DNA of 64,000 bases from Octopus sinensis (lineage: Eukaryota), in contig NC_042998.1 in the NCBI RefSeq assembly GCF_006345805.1, forward strand, positions 102,176,001 to 102,240,000. Reading direction: 5' to 3'. Within the stretch, counting starts at the first letter, position 1, and the number at the start of each line of letters is the position of its first letter. The notes under the pieces were generated by a model. That model saw only the letters and a list, made by a program, of their open reading frames with translations, was not told the origin of the DNA and did not search any database. Shown in pieces: positions 1 to 14,384 of the stretch. The position numbers and the translations under genes are program-made.

Positions 1-75
1 GGAACTGACAAAATATTATTGATAAGATACAGTAACAGATGACTGGCGAACGGCGAATTATAGACGCATAGCTTC

Positions 76-76
<1 letters not shown>

Positions 77-158
<82 letters not shown>
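77..158. repeat. (TCTA)n microsatellite
   Basis: Direct tandem tetranucleotide run. Confidence 0.95.
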
Positions 159-175
159 GTCTATCCATTCATCCA

Positions 176-374
176 TTTTTTTCTTCTTTTCTTTTTTTCT
201 TTTTATTATTTTTTTTCTTCTTTTCTTCCCTTTTACGATCCCTCTTGATCGAAAACCTACGCTACCCCCTTTTTTTGTTTCTTTTGTTTTTTGTTTTTTT
301 CATCCCCCAAAAGAAAAGCTCTACCTTGTAACTTGTCCCATCTGTGTGCAGCCCTGTGTGGCCAATAAAGAAAC
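176..374 (+). mobile_element. Probable 3' end of a non-LTR retrotransposon
   Basis: T-rich tracts, then ...cttgtcccatctgtgtgcagccctgtgtggccAATAAAgaaac followed by simple repeats; resembles a LINE 3' UTR. No coding evidence. Confidence 0.3.
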
Positions 375-792
375 TTATCCATTCATCCATCCGTCTGTCT
401 GTCTGCTTATATGTATGTACGTATGTATGAAAGGATGTTACTTACATACCTTACTGCTGCTCTATGTAATTCAGGATTCATAAAATCTGACTATATACAA
501 AGCAATTACGCAATCGTTGACGAAATCTCGGACCGGATTGAAGTTATTGTAATTTATTCATTTTACTTCTGTCTTTGGAGATACTGAATTATAAAGAGAA
601 GGAATTTTACATCTACTTATTAAAACATTTCTGCTGAAATTCATACATATACCCTACAATATATAATATTATAATTATTTCCAGTAATGTATTTCCTGGG
701 ATAATGTCAAAGTATATATATAATGGTAGTCTCTCGGGGTTCGACAATGACGTCAGTGACATCGGAGGTGGGAGCGTAATCCAAAGGCTTAT

Positions 793-835
<43 letters not shown>

Positions 836-1023
836 GAGTGTATTTTACCTTGTTAACAATTAACACGGATAAATGAATGAATAGTTACCAGGGCAGCAAA
901 ATCTCACAAGTAAAGATGTTGTAACTCCTTGTTTATAAAGGTTGAAACTTCGTGTTTACGTTGAATATTTGAATAATAGGAATAAAAAATGGAGTCAACG
1001 CAGGTTTAAACAAGTATTTATTT

Positions 1024-1108
1024 CTTTCTACATATGTTTCAAAAATTCCACTGATACTTATTCAAAAGAATAAAAGGTATAAACAATGCAATCTTCTCTT
1101 CGGGAAAG
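1024..1108 (-). ncRNA. Type I hammerhead ribozyme motif (U4C core variant)
   Basis: Minus strand reads ctttc-CCGAAGA-gaagatt...aattttt-GAAA-catatg-TA-gaaag: helix I ctttc/gaaag, long helix II, palindromic helix III, GUA site. Confidence 0.75.
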
Positions 1109-1309
1109 TGAAAAAACGAAACTTGTCAATACGACATTTTAGCAAAAAATGATGGATTCGTATAGCGATAGACAGAACGCTATTAATATTGTTTAAAAAA
1201 ACGTTATATGATATAACGTCATAAGTAGCTAACAGAAAGAGTAGGGATATTAATAGTGAATGTTAAATATAAAGGAAATTAAAGTCTAAACTATATATAA
1301 TGATAGAGA

Positions 1310-1917
1310 CTACTTATATGCACTAAAAGTATGCTTTTGCCAATGCTTACATCTGTATGCTCGTTCTATAACCGTGTTTACTAGAGTATTTTTAGAAAAA
1401 ATAATGAAAAATAGCTCAGAATTGCAGAGAAGACAGAATTTCTTGCCTTTGTCATATGGTATCGAAATTGAGAGGATCAACCATTCCAAATGAAATTGTT
1501 CATTGTGGTCTTTTAAATTCCAAATCAGTTTGCTGAGACCGGTACTATTCCGTTTATTTCTATCCCTAAATGTTGAGTAATGGATAGAAATTCTCTTAGA
1601 TAACTCTAACGATGTGCTTCCAATGTAAAATCGTACTTTATTACGAGTACTGATTATACACTGGTATATAGAATTTTTAATCTTAGAGTTACTTGACATA
1701 AATTTAATTCTATTGGGATTGACTTCAGATACAATAACCTTGTTATTAATATTTCTAGAGGGTTGGATGGTAGTAGCTAAATTAGTGTTAGTATTAGTAA
1801 ATGTATTAATATTTAACAGTTTGTTATTATGAGAAGATATAATTTGCAAGAGATTTTTTGTGTTTGAAAAACCTATCCTAACCTTATGTGAATTAAATAT
1901 AGAGTAATATCTAGAAT
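1310..1917 (-). CDS. GIY-YIG endonuclease of PLE type (Naiad-like); open frame, no genuine start codon or RT
   Basis: IYQC...FYIGST...KR..IH...STGLSKLIWNLK...CLLCNSE...LVN...CKH matches PLE endonucleases. The N-terminal 30 aa of the track ORF come from microsatellite and the mariner TIR. Confidence 0.8.
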
Positions 1918-1956
1918 TATATATATATATGTATGTATACATATATATATATATAT

Positions 1957-1993
<37 letters not shown>

Positions 1994-1999
1994 TGCATA

Positions 2000-2810
2000 T
2001 TGGGTTGGCAACTAAGTACCCACTATTTTTCTTACTTTTGGAATTTATTGCGTTTTTAAATTTTGGAATCTAATTTTTTTCCCAGTTAATTGTAGTTAAT
2101 TTTTGTTTATATTAAAATCATTAAAAGGGTATGTCGAGTTACGAAAAGCGGGCATTTTCACCACCTCTTCCTTTTTGCTTTTAATCAAGGCTCTAAGACC
2201 GCAAAAGCTGCTCCCGGCATTTGTGCTGTGCATGGAGGGATGCCATAGCTGAAAGAACCGCTCGTGATTGGTATGCCAAGTTCACAATTGGAAATTGTGA
2301 CCTCAAAGACGCACCTCGCTTTGGCCGTCCAGTTGAGTTCGATGAAAATTGATTAAACCAACTTTTGCCTCAAAATTATCGTCAAACGTCAAGGGAACTG
2401 GCAGACAAAAATAGAATGCTCCCACACTGCTATAGAGAAGCAGCTTTACACGTTGGGAAAGGTTCTGAAGTATGGAGCGTGAGTTCCGCATGCTTTAAAT
2501 GACAACAAAAATCAAAGAACCACAATCTCCGCTGGACACAAGCAACGATTTCGTTACCAAATCGTTACAGGCGATGAAAAACGGTGCCTGTACATCAATA
2601 TGAAGCAGCGTAAGAAATGGTTTAGCCCCGGTAAACAAGTGACACCGCGCGTGAGACACTTCTGATTTGGTAACAATGGATTTCCACTTCTTTCGATCTC
2701 TTTCAAATGCTATGCATGGAGTTCCGTTAAATACTGATGCGGAATTGAGAGCTTGGTTGGATCAAATTTTCGAGTTGAAATCGGGTGATTTCTACCAAGG
2801 ATATTTTCAG
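2000..2810 (+). mobile_element. Mariner element, internally deleted transposase pseudogene
   Basis: TA then TTGGGTTGGCAACTAAGT TIR-like start. Fragments ERTARDWYAKF, DAPRFGRPVEFDE, IVTGDEK, then DFHFFRSLSNAM..AELRAWLD; central catalytic part missing; 3' TIR not seen. Confidence 0.85.
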
Positions 2811-3842
2811 TTCGGGTAAAATCCATCGTAGTTTTCAGTTCAGATGAAATCCATCGTAGTTTTCAGTTCGGGTATTTGAAGGAAAAGCTGGAGATATCAG
2901 GAATCCTAACGGGATATTTTATTAGTGGATTTTATGCTTGATTTGACAGCATGATGCGGAACTACAGTTTATGGAAGGCTCGATATGAATTTAACTGTAT
3001 TTATATCAAATACACTATTATTCTTATGGGTCAGGGGAAATGCATCTAAAATAGAGAGAAGGAAAGGCTAAAAACATCTAAATGTCAAAGTTATATGTGA
3101 GCCCAAAACGAGTGATGTTTCTAGACCTACTTCTATTTTTCCAACTTCAATTTGTCGGAGCGATATCAATGTAACATAGTTCATGCTTCATATATTATTT
3201 CAATAGATGCGAGCGTCATGATTCTAAGAGATAAATTTCTAATAGGATTATCAGTAATATTCTTAGAGTGGTTACAATGCATATTAACGTTTTACATTTC
3301 GATTTTTTGGCAGTTTTATAGAAGTTGTTAAACGTTCTATTAAGCTCTGTATGGTCGAATGATTTAGAGGTTTACTCTGCAGCCAAGAAATCCCGAGTAA
3401 AGTCCAACTGCTTCGCATCATGAGCAAATGTCACATTCTATAGACACAAGTCCAAACATATCTTGTGATGATAGTAAGTACACTGAAACAGTACAGAAAC
3501 CAGTCTTACATCATAGCCACAACCAATGTCATGCCGATGCTGCTTCTTAACTATGTGTTGCTTATACATGTTTAGAAATTGTTCAACTGCTGACATGTTA
3601 ATAACATAGAAGATGCAATCAAGTAAAGAAACCACAACGTCGAACAACGGCTATCCAACAAATCCGGTGATAAACAGCAGGTCCCTTTCATGACTGAAAA
3701 TTCAAAAGATATGGAAAGGGAGAAAGGAAATGTATAAGTAAATAAAATTTGTGTGGTTTCCATACGGCTTGTTAGCAGTTGTTATTTAAAAATATTAGCC
3801 TATTTTTCGCAGTAATTATTCTTTTATTTACACGCAAATATA

Positions 3843-3957
<115 letters not shown>

Positions 3958-4093
3958 CTATCTATGTAATATATGCACATGTATATATAATATATACATA
4001 CGCATATATAATATATGCATGACCAAGTGTCTTCTATTATAGCCTCGGTCCGATGAAAGCCTTGTGACGGAAACTCAAAGAAGCTTGTCTTAT

Positions 4094-4175
<82 letters not shown>

Positions 4176-4206
4176 TATATATATATATATATATACTTAT
4201 ATATAA

Positions 4207-4368
4207 GCGCAGGAGTGGCTGTGTTGTAAGTAGCTAGCTTACCAACCACATGATTCCAGGTTCATTCCCACTGCGTGGCTCCTTAGGCAAATGTCTTCTA
4301 CTATGGCCTCGGGCCGACCAAAGCCTTGTGAGTGGATTTGATAGACGGAAACTGAAAGAACCCCGTCG
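4207..4368 (+). mobile_element. tRNA-derived SINE, 5' half
   Basis: gcgcaggagTGGCTGTGTTGtaag...ccaGGTTCATTCCC box A/B-like motifs; body matches copies at 38.0, 46.1 and 58.5 kb; a deleted fragment lies at ~4022-4088. Confidence 0.85.
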
Positions 4369-4380
4369 GATTGATGTATG

Positions 4381-4417
<37 letters not shown>

Positions 4418-4544
4418 TTACGTATGCGTATATGTTTAAAGCTTACTTGGAAAAGGATGCGCGGCGTTTGATCATACAATAATATATATAATATATAAAT
4501 ATATGCATATATACTTACATATATGTACATACCCATATATATAT

Positions 4545-4935
4545 GCATATATACATGCATATATTGGTACAGAACATAAAAAAGACATTGAACACAACGA
4601 GAAACGAAAACAAAAACAAAACATAGAAAGCGAACATGTTTTTGAACAACGAAAAAAAACAGAGAAACGAGACATGCAACATATACAATATTCCCCTTCG
4701 ACTGTTGTCCCTGTTTCATCTCCTCCGCGTCGAAGGTAAGGACAATACAAAACTTAATTGAAACAATCCTCCCCGCAAAGCAAATTAAATAAAATTTGGG
4801 ATTTTTTGCGGAGGTTCAAACTAGTAACAAGAGGAGGACAGTGAGAACAAGATACGATGACCCTACATCAGCTGTCGGGTGTCTATCTACTCCTCATTTC
4901 GAGCATTTAACGATAATATGAGACTTCGAAACCAA
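4545..4935 (-). repeat. Interspersed repeat, same family as 46930-47300 and 47690-48105 (possibly non-autonomous PLE-related)
   Basis: Reverse complement shares gttac..ttgaacctccgc..tttgctttgcggg and ttaaatgctcga motifs with the 47-48 kb copies. Confidence 0.55.
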
Positions 4936-4977
4936 ATAAAATTATATTTTATTTATATTAAACACACACATGTCCAC

Positions 4978-5072
<95 letters not shown>

Positions 5073-8000
5073 ATATATGTATATATATACATATATGTGT
5101 ATATAGATGTATATTTATATAATATTAAACATATATATGTGTGCGTGTCAATTTGTATGTGAATGTGTAAATATATATATGTATTTATGTATGTATGTAT
5201 ATATAGAGAGAGAGAAAGAGAGAGAGTGTGTGAGAGAGAGAGAGAGATAGATATTTACATATATACATACACATACATATACATGCGCATATATATGTGG
5301 TATATATATATATGTATATAAATAATATAAATAATTTTATATATATATAAATAATTTTATAAGATATATGTGTGCGGGTATGTGTTTGTCTGTGTGTGCC
5401 TACGCATGTGTATGTGTGTGTGTGTATGTCTGTTTTCCAAAACAGCTAATTAAGCTTCTTTTATCTCGAAACCAACCCGCTCAACGTATTCCCGTCAAAG
5501 TTAATAAAATCTGATAACCTTACTTACAGTGTTAGCTGCTTTAAAATCTAATAACTTTAGATTCGACAATTTGACAAGCCAGCGGCATATGTGTGAAATG
5601 ACACGAGTTAAGATCCTATTAATATACCTGCACTTTCATAGTTACGCTTAAGAGGGACTGATCAATGTTTTCCTCTCATGAAATTATTCTGTCATTGGTT
5701 CTGAATAAATGACACATCTCACTTTGCGCCTGTTTCACGTTAATAGCATACACTTACCTAGATCTGAACAATTACACTAAGTGAGATGACGACAGAGTAA
5801 GACGGTAGAGGAGTGAGAAGGAGAAAGTAATTAGTTATTTAGACATTTAATCATGGTGAGCCTACGGAAGCATATTATCATGGTTTTCTACATTACCATT
5901 CACATAATTTCCGTTTCTTATCAACGTCCGTGCTTCAGAGAATAGCTATAGCTATTCGCTGACAGGAAACCGATGGAAAAGAAATATACAAATCACACGG
6001 CTAGTAACACAGGAAATGAACGTAGTTTTCATTGTAGAAGTGTTCTTTATGTAACAATATTTATAATTATTTAATTCGTTTTCATGTGACTCAATGTAAC
6101 ATTATTTTAATTAGCAATATATTGCAGAAATGACATTCAAAATTGCCTTTGAATTGCATGCATTAATTTCTGAATATTCTTTATTGTCCTAGGATGTTTA
6201 AGGAAACTGAGGCGAGTTTTGATCTTATATAACTAATAGTTACTGAACAGCGATCTTTATTGTGTCATTCATCCCTATGTATAAAAAGGATATTGAAAAG
6301 AGGCAAAGTAAGTTATGAAGAAGAAAAAGTCGCATAAAAAATGCATATTAAAAAGAAAAAAATACACGATGTCTATTTTCGTTGTCAAGTGTCTCCAAAA
6401 CCATTTAGGGGGTACACTTCTCTAACGTATTAAAACGTACATGGAACTATCAGTTGTAACAAATTCTGATTCAACCTATTTTGAGTACACAAATACGTCA
6501 TTAGCCTCCCATTTCATATAAACAGGCACTGTCTTCTTTAAACTAATGTTAATTTATAAACTGAATTGTCTTGGCTTAACTTTTGGCAAGAGAAACTGTA
6601 CACTCATTTGCAAAACGATCTTTTTGCCGACGTGTAATTTCACATCCTTACGACACCGCCACCGCACATTTGGTTGTTTACGGAAATACTTTCATTAATT
6701 AAAAATTGATTTGAAAATAAATATTTTATCGAAACTTAATTTTAGCTTATCTGATCACAGCATCCCATTCAGTATTATCTATATTTTATAATTGGTTAAA
6801 TACTTGCGTCTGAGGTTATGTTTCTGGATGTAAAACCATTTTAACAAATAACACGCAAACACAAACTTTCAAATTAGGAATTTTAAAAAGTCAGTATTCC
6901 TCTGTGTCTAATTGTGTAAAGAACTTTCGCTCACATCCCTTGCTTTTTTTCTTGTACCAACGACCACATTTCAATACATCTTACATTGATTTAAAATACT
7001 TCACAAAAATCAGAAAATTTGTGTAAGCATTGCAAGCGTTCCAAATTATGGTGTACAAATTGCAATGACGTAACTGAGAACTATGTTTCCGCAGTAGCTA
7101 TTCATCACTAATAATAATACATAACATGAGGGAATATATGTCTTATACCTACTTACTTTCGCGTGAGCGGGAAGAAAATGTTAAATGTTAATGTTGTGTA
7201 ATAAATGAATTCCAACGTATTCCTATTCATGATTAATGTCACAAGACACCATTACAAACTTCCACTTACGATAGTGTATCTATCACATGCCAGTTTATTG
7301 GATACCATTTTTGTTTCATTAATTGGACTACAAACTAACGAAACACTTATCGATTATTTATGCATGCTGGAAGCGCTTAGTAGGGAGTTTTACCTATAAA
7401 ATATATCTATTTACTTTCTCTTCGCTTGGATAATTTGAGAATTAAGTATTTTCTGCGTCAACACATCGCAGCAGTTGTTCTATTGACACCAATTACAAGT
7501 AAGATTTCTCCTGTAGTATAATAACTTCTTTCAGTGATATACATTAAACCAACTATAACAGTTACCCATCAACAAATTTAGAAATCACTTACGGCTCATT
7601 TAGAATTTTATGTGATTATATTGGAAACTTAAAATCTGATCTTTTCTTATTAACGGTTTTAAATTGTGACACATGTCCAGCTATATAAGTGGGAAGGGAT
7701 TGTCGATTACACCGATCTCAATGCTCTGCCATTGCCTATTCTATTGACTCCATAACGATGAAATGCTATATTGATCCTCATGGAATTAAAAATCAGAAAA
7801 TAAAAATACGGAAGAAAAGTCGTCTAGCATTCTATCCGATATACAAACGATTCAACCCTCTCACTGACTTACCTTAATATGTTCATAAGCTGATGCCAAA
7901 GCCAAGTAGAAATCAAAACCAGAACTTACAACTGAAGACCAAAATGTCAAAATCGCGTTTTAGATGTGTCTATCAACGCACGGGTTTCAATTCTCGTCGG

Positions 8001-8168
8001 AGAGTTGAATTTGTTTTGAGAGTCTTTGAAGATAATGAAACAAGTCAACATTAAATACTGTCGTTAAGGGAATCAACTAAATTCCGTTTCTCTGTAGTTG
8101 TAATCATATGCTAATTGAAAATAGAAACTATGAAAAAAAAAAAATTAATAAATTGACACATACTACCG

Positions 8169-8230
8169 TCTTCTTCTTCTTCTTCTTCTTCTTCTTCTTC
8201 TTCTTCTTCTTCTTCTTCTTCTTCTTCTTT
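8169..8230. repeat. (TTC)n microsatellite
   Basis: Direct tandem run. Confidence 0.95.
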
Positions 8231-8362
8231 TCAACACTGATTATTTAACGAGAATTTACTGATAGATTCATTACCTTATTACTTATGTTCTTCAATAACA
8301 CCACTTGCCTAATTTTATTCACATCAAATCCCGATGATTCGCACTCATACCTCCACTGTTCT

Positions 8363-8363
<1 letters not shown>

Positions 8364-8416
<53 letters not shown>

Positions 8417-8418
8417 CT

Positions 8419-8458
<40 letters not shown>
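8364..8458. repeat. (TAC)n microsatellite
   Basis: Direct tandem run; source of the poly-Y and poly-T ORFs. Confidence 0.95.
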
Positions 8459-9493
8459 ACATACACACACCAAATACATTTCGATAACCCTCCCTTTCAA
8501 CTATTGTACAATAGGCATTCGGACTTTATTTTAGATGTGAAAAAATGTAGCATCTGTTCTCTAGTTGAAGATACACTTGATCAGTCGTGCATCGAAAACA
8601 TGCAGGATTATAAACCAGAAACCTAACACCATTTGCTATTTTTCTCAGTTCGCTTACAGTGCGGATTCGATTCCCCTTTACTGTTCGCCTGAGACCCCAA
8701 ACTTTGAAAAACCTATTTCTGTCCGGTTTTTGCAACATCCATTTTAGCTCCCTGACCTTGTAACAACTCTGATTTCACCTCTACTACTCTTCAAATCATT
8801 CAAATGATGTAAAAAAATACACGCGCTCTTCAAATTCGAAGGATCTTTGTATCAAGCGACCCACAAACAGTTACTTGCAGATATTCGTGTATTTGCATGT
8901 ATACATAATATTTTCGTCTTTTAATCACACCTCTTCAACATTATCCGAAGCAGAATGACATTCCTTTTATTTTCATTTTTCCTAACACTTATACCTTTTC
9001 ACTCACACTGTTACCACGCCTATTCCTCTCTTAATACCTCTCTCTTCTCTTTCTCTATGTCTGTCACTTTCATCATCCAAATGCAGTACTCTGTATAAAA
9101 CATTGACTTTATCCTCATGTTTTACTCATAACATATCATATATTCCGCACTTTAAATATTTTATTTACAATCTAGCCTGTCTCTTTATAACTCTTCTAGT
9201 TGCTGCAGACGTTCAGCTCCAAGTCTGCTCTGATCAATTAACCTATAATCCATATTATGTAAAACTGGAGAGTATCGCTATTTATTATAATCCAGAGCAC
9301 TCAAGAGTGCCTCATTAATGCGTCGTTCTTTTTTAAAGGCTTGTGTTTGATGTGAGTGAGAGATTACTGCTAATAATCACTGGAGTTTATAAATCCTTCA
9401 TTTACAACTTTGCTTTGTGCATCTTATACGTGTAGATTTTGATTTAAACTTGTATAAACGTAGTTAATGTTTTTCACTTCTAGCTCGGCGGTT

Positions 9494-9528
<35 letters not shown>

Positions 9529-11319
9529 ATTCAGATTTCGTGATGTGTATCCTAGTATGCCACTTAACACTACCGGCTAGTTTTTTAATGTTTGTAATAT
9601 ATTTTTCTGGATCACTTCTGCATCTTATTCCATTATGGTTGTTGTTTATCCTCGGCCAGCCGCGAACAAATATATCAATATTGAAAGTCTACAGAATATA
9701 TCAAAACATGTATTTTGTTCAAATATAGTGTATCAAAGGCTATATTAATCAATGGATCAACTTACCGTAAGATAGTACAATATAAATTTATGGATATTTT
9801 GGTTGCTTTTCTAGCATGGTCAGCAACTGCATAAATCAGCTGTCTTTCCTCAACTGATCCCGAAACTATTTTTTTCATCGTAAGTTTTGTTTACGATTAC
9901 AAGAATACATCATTCGCAGGGGCTTTGTTGAATTTTTTACCTGAAACAGTTAATGCCAAACTTTCGTTTCGGGAGTGTGCTTTGTTGGTGAAGAAATGGA
10001 CGAAATGTGAATGAATGTATTACATAAAATGTATGTCAATACTGAGAGGTTCGCCATGCCTGGCTGTACTGCTACTGATTGTAGACAAGACAGGTCTGAA
10101 ATTTAAGAAGAGTTCAGTATATTTTTGAAGAATTATGAACCTCCAGATATACATTTATTCCTTAGATCAATATGGCGTTTATTCCAATGGCCCACACACA
10201 AATAATATATAAATTTTGTATCTTGGATTTCTGTAAGATATGGATCTAGTATGGATACCTTTAAACATCATAATTTGCAACTTTATTTCGTTTTTAATTT
10301 ACTTTACTTGATGCGATTTCAAAGTAGAAATCGAAACACCTTCCAGTGTCACAATACATCAGATATGGCAGCTTGTAGTACAACCTTCACAATCTAATAC
10401 CATATAGAAATTTCATTTTTCGTTAAATAGACTTCAGCATTTTTGATAAGAGACGAAAAATAATTAGTTTCCTTTTAAGATAACATATAGATTTGAAATC
10501 AGCGAAAATATATCATTTACGTAAGAAAACAATTATTTGCTATGGTAAACATTTTTACTCTGAAACACAATGTTTGTTTGTTCAGAGAGTAAAAATGAAA
10601 CGATTATGAATGGCATGAAAACTTGAGTAGGCCAAATGTTTATTCAATCCAAATCTCTATAGATGGAAAATTACACACGAAGTGCATAAAAAGTTTCCTT
10701 CTGATAAAATGTGTTAATGATTTCTTTGGTCCCATGGTTTTGTCTTTAAAGGAATTGGACCGGAAATCTTTATATGTTAATCGAGAAATATTATTTCTCT
10801 ACTTCTGAAATTCAAATAAAACCATCATACTAGAAGTTTTTGATTCAGTATTCAAATTTTAGCAGAGCAGCAAAGGATGACAAATAATGGTTTCTGAAAT
10901 AAGGATAAAACCAAAGTCTATTGAGATACTGAAAGGACGATTATATCGATACCTCTATTTGTATGATACAATTTATTTAACCTTAGAAGCTTTTGAATTA
11001 ACTGAATCGAATGACATAACTAAATAACCTTTCTACTATACTTACAATAACTAAAGTGTAGGGAAGGTGGTTAGTCGATTGCGTCAGCGTTTAATCCGTA
11101 TTTATTCCATCGACCTCTAAAGAGGATTAATGTAAAGTCGATTTCAGCAGACGAAATACCACGACGCATTATGTTCAGCATGTTTACAAGCCTGACTTTG
11201 TGCGGACGTCCCAGTATACAGTTCTACAAATTATATTCACTTGGACGGTCACATTGAAGATCTACGGACATCTTACGTAAGTAAAATTACGTAATATGGT
11301 AATAGTGAAACATGTATGT

Positions 11320-13590
11320 GAATAATCCATATTTTTATTGCTTTTCTTTTGTCTTGCTCTATAACGTTTTGGTTGTTTGCTGAATTTTTCTCGAGAACAT
11401 TTTTTAGTGGTAAGACCATAGCGGATCTCCTTCTAGCATAAGGGTATCCACATAGTAGTTTCCCTCTCGTATGTATGCATTGCACTCTTATCTATACCAA
11501 ATTCCATGCCTATATCTTTGCTGAAGTGTCTTACAATCTGTATTAAGGAATCTATTTTTTATTCTTACTAAAAAGCTTCAGATCATCCATGTAGAGCAAA
11601 TGATTAATTTTTTAATTCCTATTTCTGAACCGACACCTTACCATTGACTTCGTTATTACTAGACTGAAGGAGATCAAATATAACACAAATATTAAAGGGA
11701 ACAACGAGTCCTCCTAGAAAACTTCCCTTTTGATATTAATTTACCCTGAGGGTGTGTCATCTGAATAGAGATATACTTTCCATTTCTTCATGCTACAGCT
11801 AATTAATTCTCTTATATTGTCTGTTATACTGAATATACTCAAGCATTAACTTATCCATGAGTGTGGGATTATGTCATAGGCTTTCCTATAATCTATCCAT
11901 GCTATTGTTCAATTTTTCTTCGTAGTGTTTACTTCATTTAGAACTGCTCTGTCTACATATAACAGAACCATGAGTTTCTCTAGCCTTCTTCCTGTAACCT
12001 TTCTGTTCTGTTACTAAATTCTGGTGCCTCTAAATATTTTTTGAACGCGTCCCTGTCAAAAGCTTTCTCATTAATGGTAAGCTAATGTTTGGTCTATATT
12101 TGCTAGCTGTATTACCTTTGTCTTATCCTTTGTAATGAGTATTGCCCTCCTTCTAGTCATTCAATCTGGTATTATTCCTCCATTAAGGCAATCCGGAAGT
12201 TATTCTCTCAACCTCCGGTGCAAACTACTGAATTTTTTAGTCAGTACCCCTGAAATAAATCTGGTTCTGGGCCCTTCCATTTCGACACTTTTTCTAACAC
12301 TTTACTCATCAATTCACAAGTTAATCTTAAATCTTGTTGCTTCACTCACTACTACTTTCCTCACTTTCTTTAACCATACTACATCTCCATTATGATTGAC
12401 TGGTTTATCCCAGATATTACTCCAGAAAATTCTAGCTTCTTCTGCATTAGGTTTCTCATCTTCAGTACTTTGTTCTCCACTATTTATTCAGTTATAAAAT
12501 CTCCTCTGCTCTGTTTCAAATAATCTATTCTGTTGATACTGATCTATTCTTTTCTGACATCTGGAAAGCTGGCCTGCTATTGATACCATACGCTGTTTCA
12601 ACTCTTCTATTATTGTCCCAAATCCTTCCCCTTTGACTAAGTATCTTTTCCCGAGGCAAGATTTGCTTCTTGTCTTTCCTAACTTGTATGTTTTCCAGGA
12701 TTCTATTCTGTTGCGATTTTGTCTCAAAGTGTTCACTTTATCTTGTAGTCTTCTTTTCCGCATTTGCCATTTCTTAAGTTATTCCCTGAGATATCTAATT
12801 TTCTGGAGACTACTACCCCTCCTGCACAAATCAATAAGTTAGTATCTTCTATATTTTTAGTATCCGTACTACTGATAACAGAATCTACTTTCCTAGTCGA
12901 TTCTTGTAGCTTCCTTCTGTTGGTGCCTTTTAATTCTACCAATTTTTTTGTGACATTTTTACTCCTTACTTCCTGCAACTCTAAAATCTTCTGATCTTCC
13001 TCACTTAATTCACTTGGCTCACTGCTGCCAGTTGTCCTTTCCTTATTGGGAGCGCTATTATTATTTTTTCCTATCGGTTCTTCCTTGGTTTGAGCTGTAT
13101 CTCTTATGTTGTTGTCTGTCTTTACTACTATCTGTCTTTCTTTTCCAATTCTCTTGTGATCTCTTATACCTCTAATTCTGTCATCCATTTTCTTCTCCTA
13201 ATAGTATTAGCTTGATCAGCTAATCTAAGCTCAGTCACTTTAAACATACCCTTCTTTAACCAAAGTGTTAATATCCGTTTTCTATAGCCCCTTCTTTTAG
13301 GTTCACATTCTAAGTAACATTGTACCACTATCCTACTGTCTTCGCTGGTCCACTTCATTCTCCTTGCTCTATTATCTGCTGATGTTGTATTACAATGGTA
13401 GATATGGTCACTCTGCATCTTTACTGAACTACTGCCGAGCGAAAGACCTTTGCTGTAAAAGTCTAGCTTTATTTTTGTTGTTACAACCAGAGTTGTTCTG
13501 AAAGTCGTGTCTCTCATAAACTGATGTAAGCTAACGTTTATCGCCATTCTTATGTCCACTATTATTTTATTATTTTTCGACATCTGAATG
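11320..13590 (-). mobile_element. Decayed R4/Dong-clade (RLE) LINE, N-terminal region and RT
   Basis: KWTSEDSRIVVQCYLECEPKRRGYRKR..RLADQANTIRR; KYRPNISLPLMRKL; IDYRKAYDIIPHSWI; INHLLYMDDLKLF; many stops and frameshifts. Confidence 0.85.
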
Positions 13591-13937
13591 TTTCAAACAA
13601 CTTTGTATTGCATCATGTTCTGCACCTTGGTGTTGGTGAGGTAGTATGTTCTTCATTTTTAAGTGGGGGATATTGTATCGTATCAGTAAGTTTTGTTATC
13701 GAGTCTTCTGTTGCATTAGTTTTTATATTGTATGTTGTTTGTGTAGCGCAGGTTGTGCTATTCTGTTGGCTATCGGCCTTATCTGTTGTGGGTTTTGTTC
13801 AGTTTGTTGGGTATTTACAGCATGAATTTATTCTTGTATGTTTTGGAGAGACGTTTCATAGTAGTGTGCGTGTGTGTAAATTTTAAATTAACAATTAGAT
13901 AGTATTTTTGATTATCACTCTGGCGTTGTTTTTCTTT

Positions 13938-14180
<243 letters not shown>

Positions 14181-14272
14181 CCATCATCATCACTTCCATT
14201 AACATCTTTCATTCCTAACTCCTTCCGAGTGCTTTCCTGACACATAGGGCCAAGAAATATATATGTATATAC

Positions 14273-14378
<106 letters not shown>

Positions 14379-14384
14379 CGTCTT

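Larger units (their letters stand above)
829..1917 (-). mobile_element. Penelope-like element 3' portion (GIY-YIG ORF + hammerhead), bounded by (TA)n at both ends
   Basis: Contains the endonuclease ORF and a type I hammerhead ~200 nt after its stop; (TA)n at ~790-828 and ~1918-1962. Confidence 0.8.

Noticed and set aside
5758-5776. Possible 19-nt micro-exon on the minus strand (pyrimidine tract, AG...GTAAGT)
   Set aside because: Splice-like signals only; no partner exons or homology can be shown without RNA-seq.
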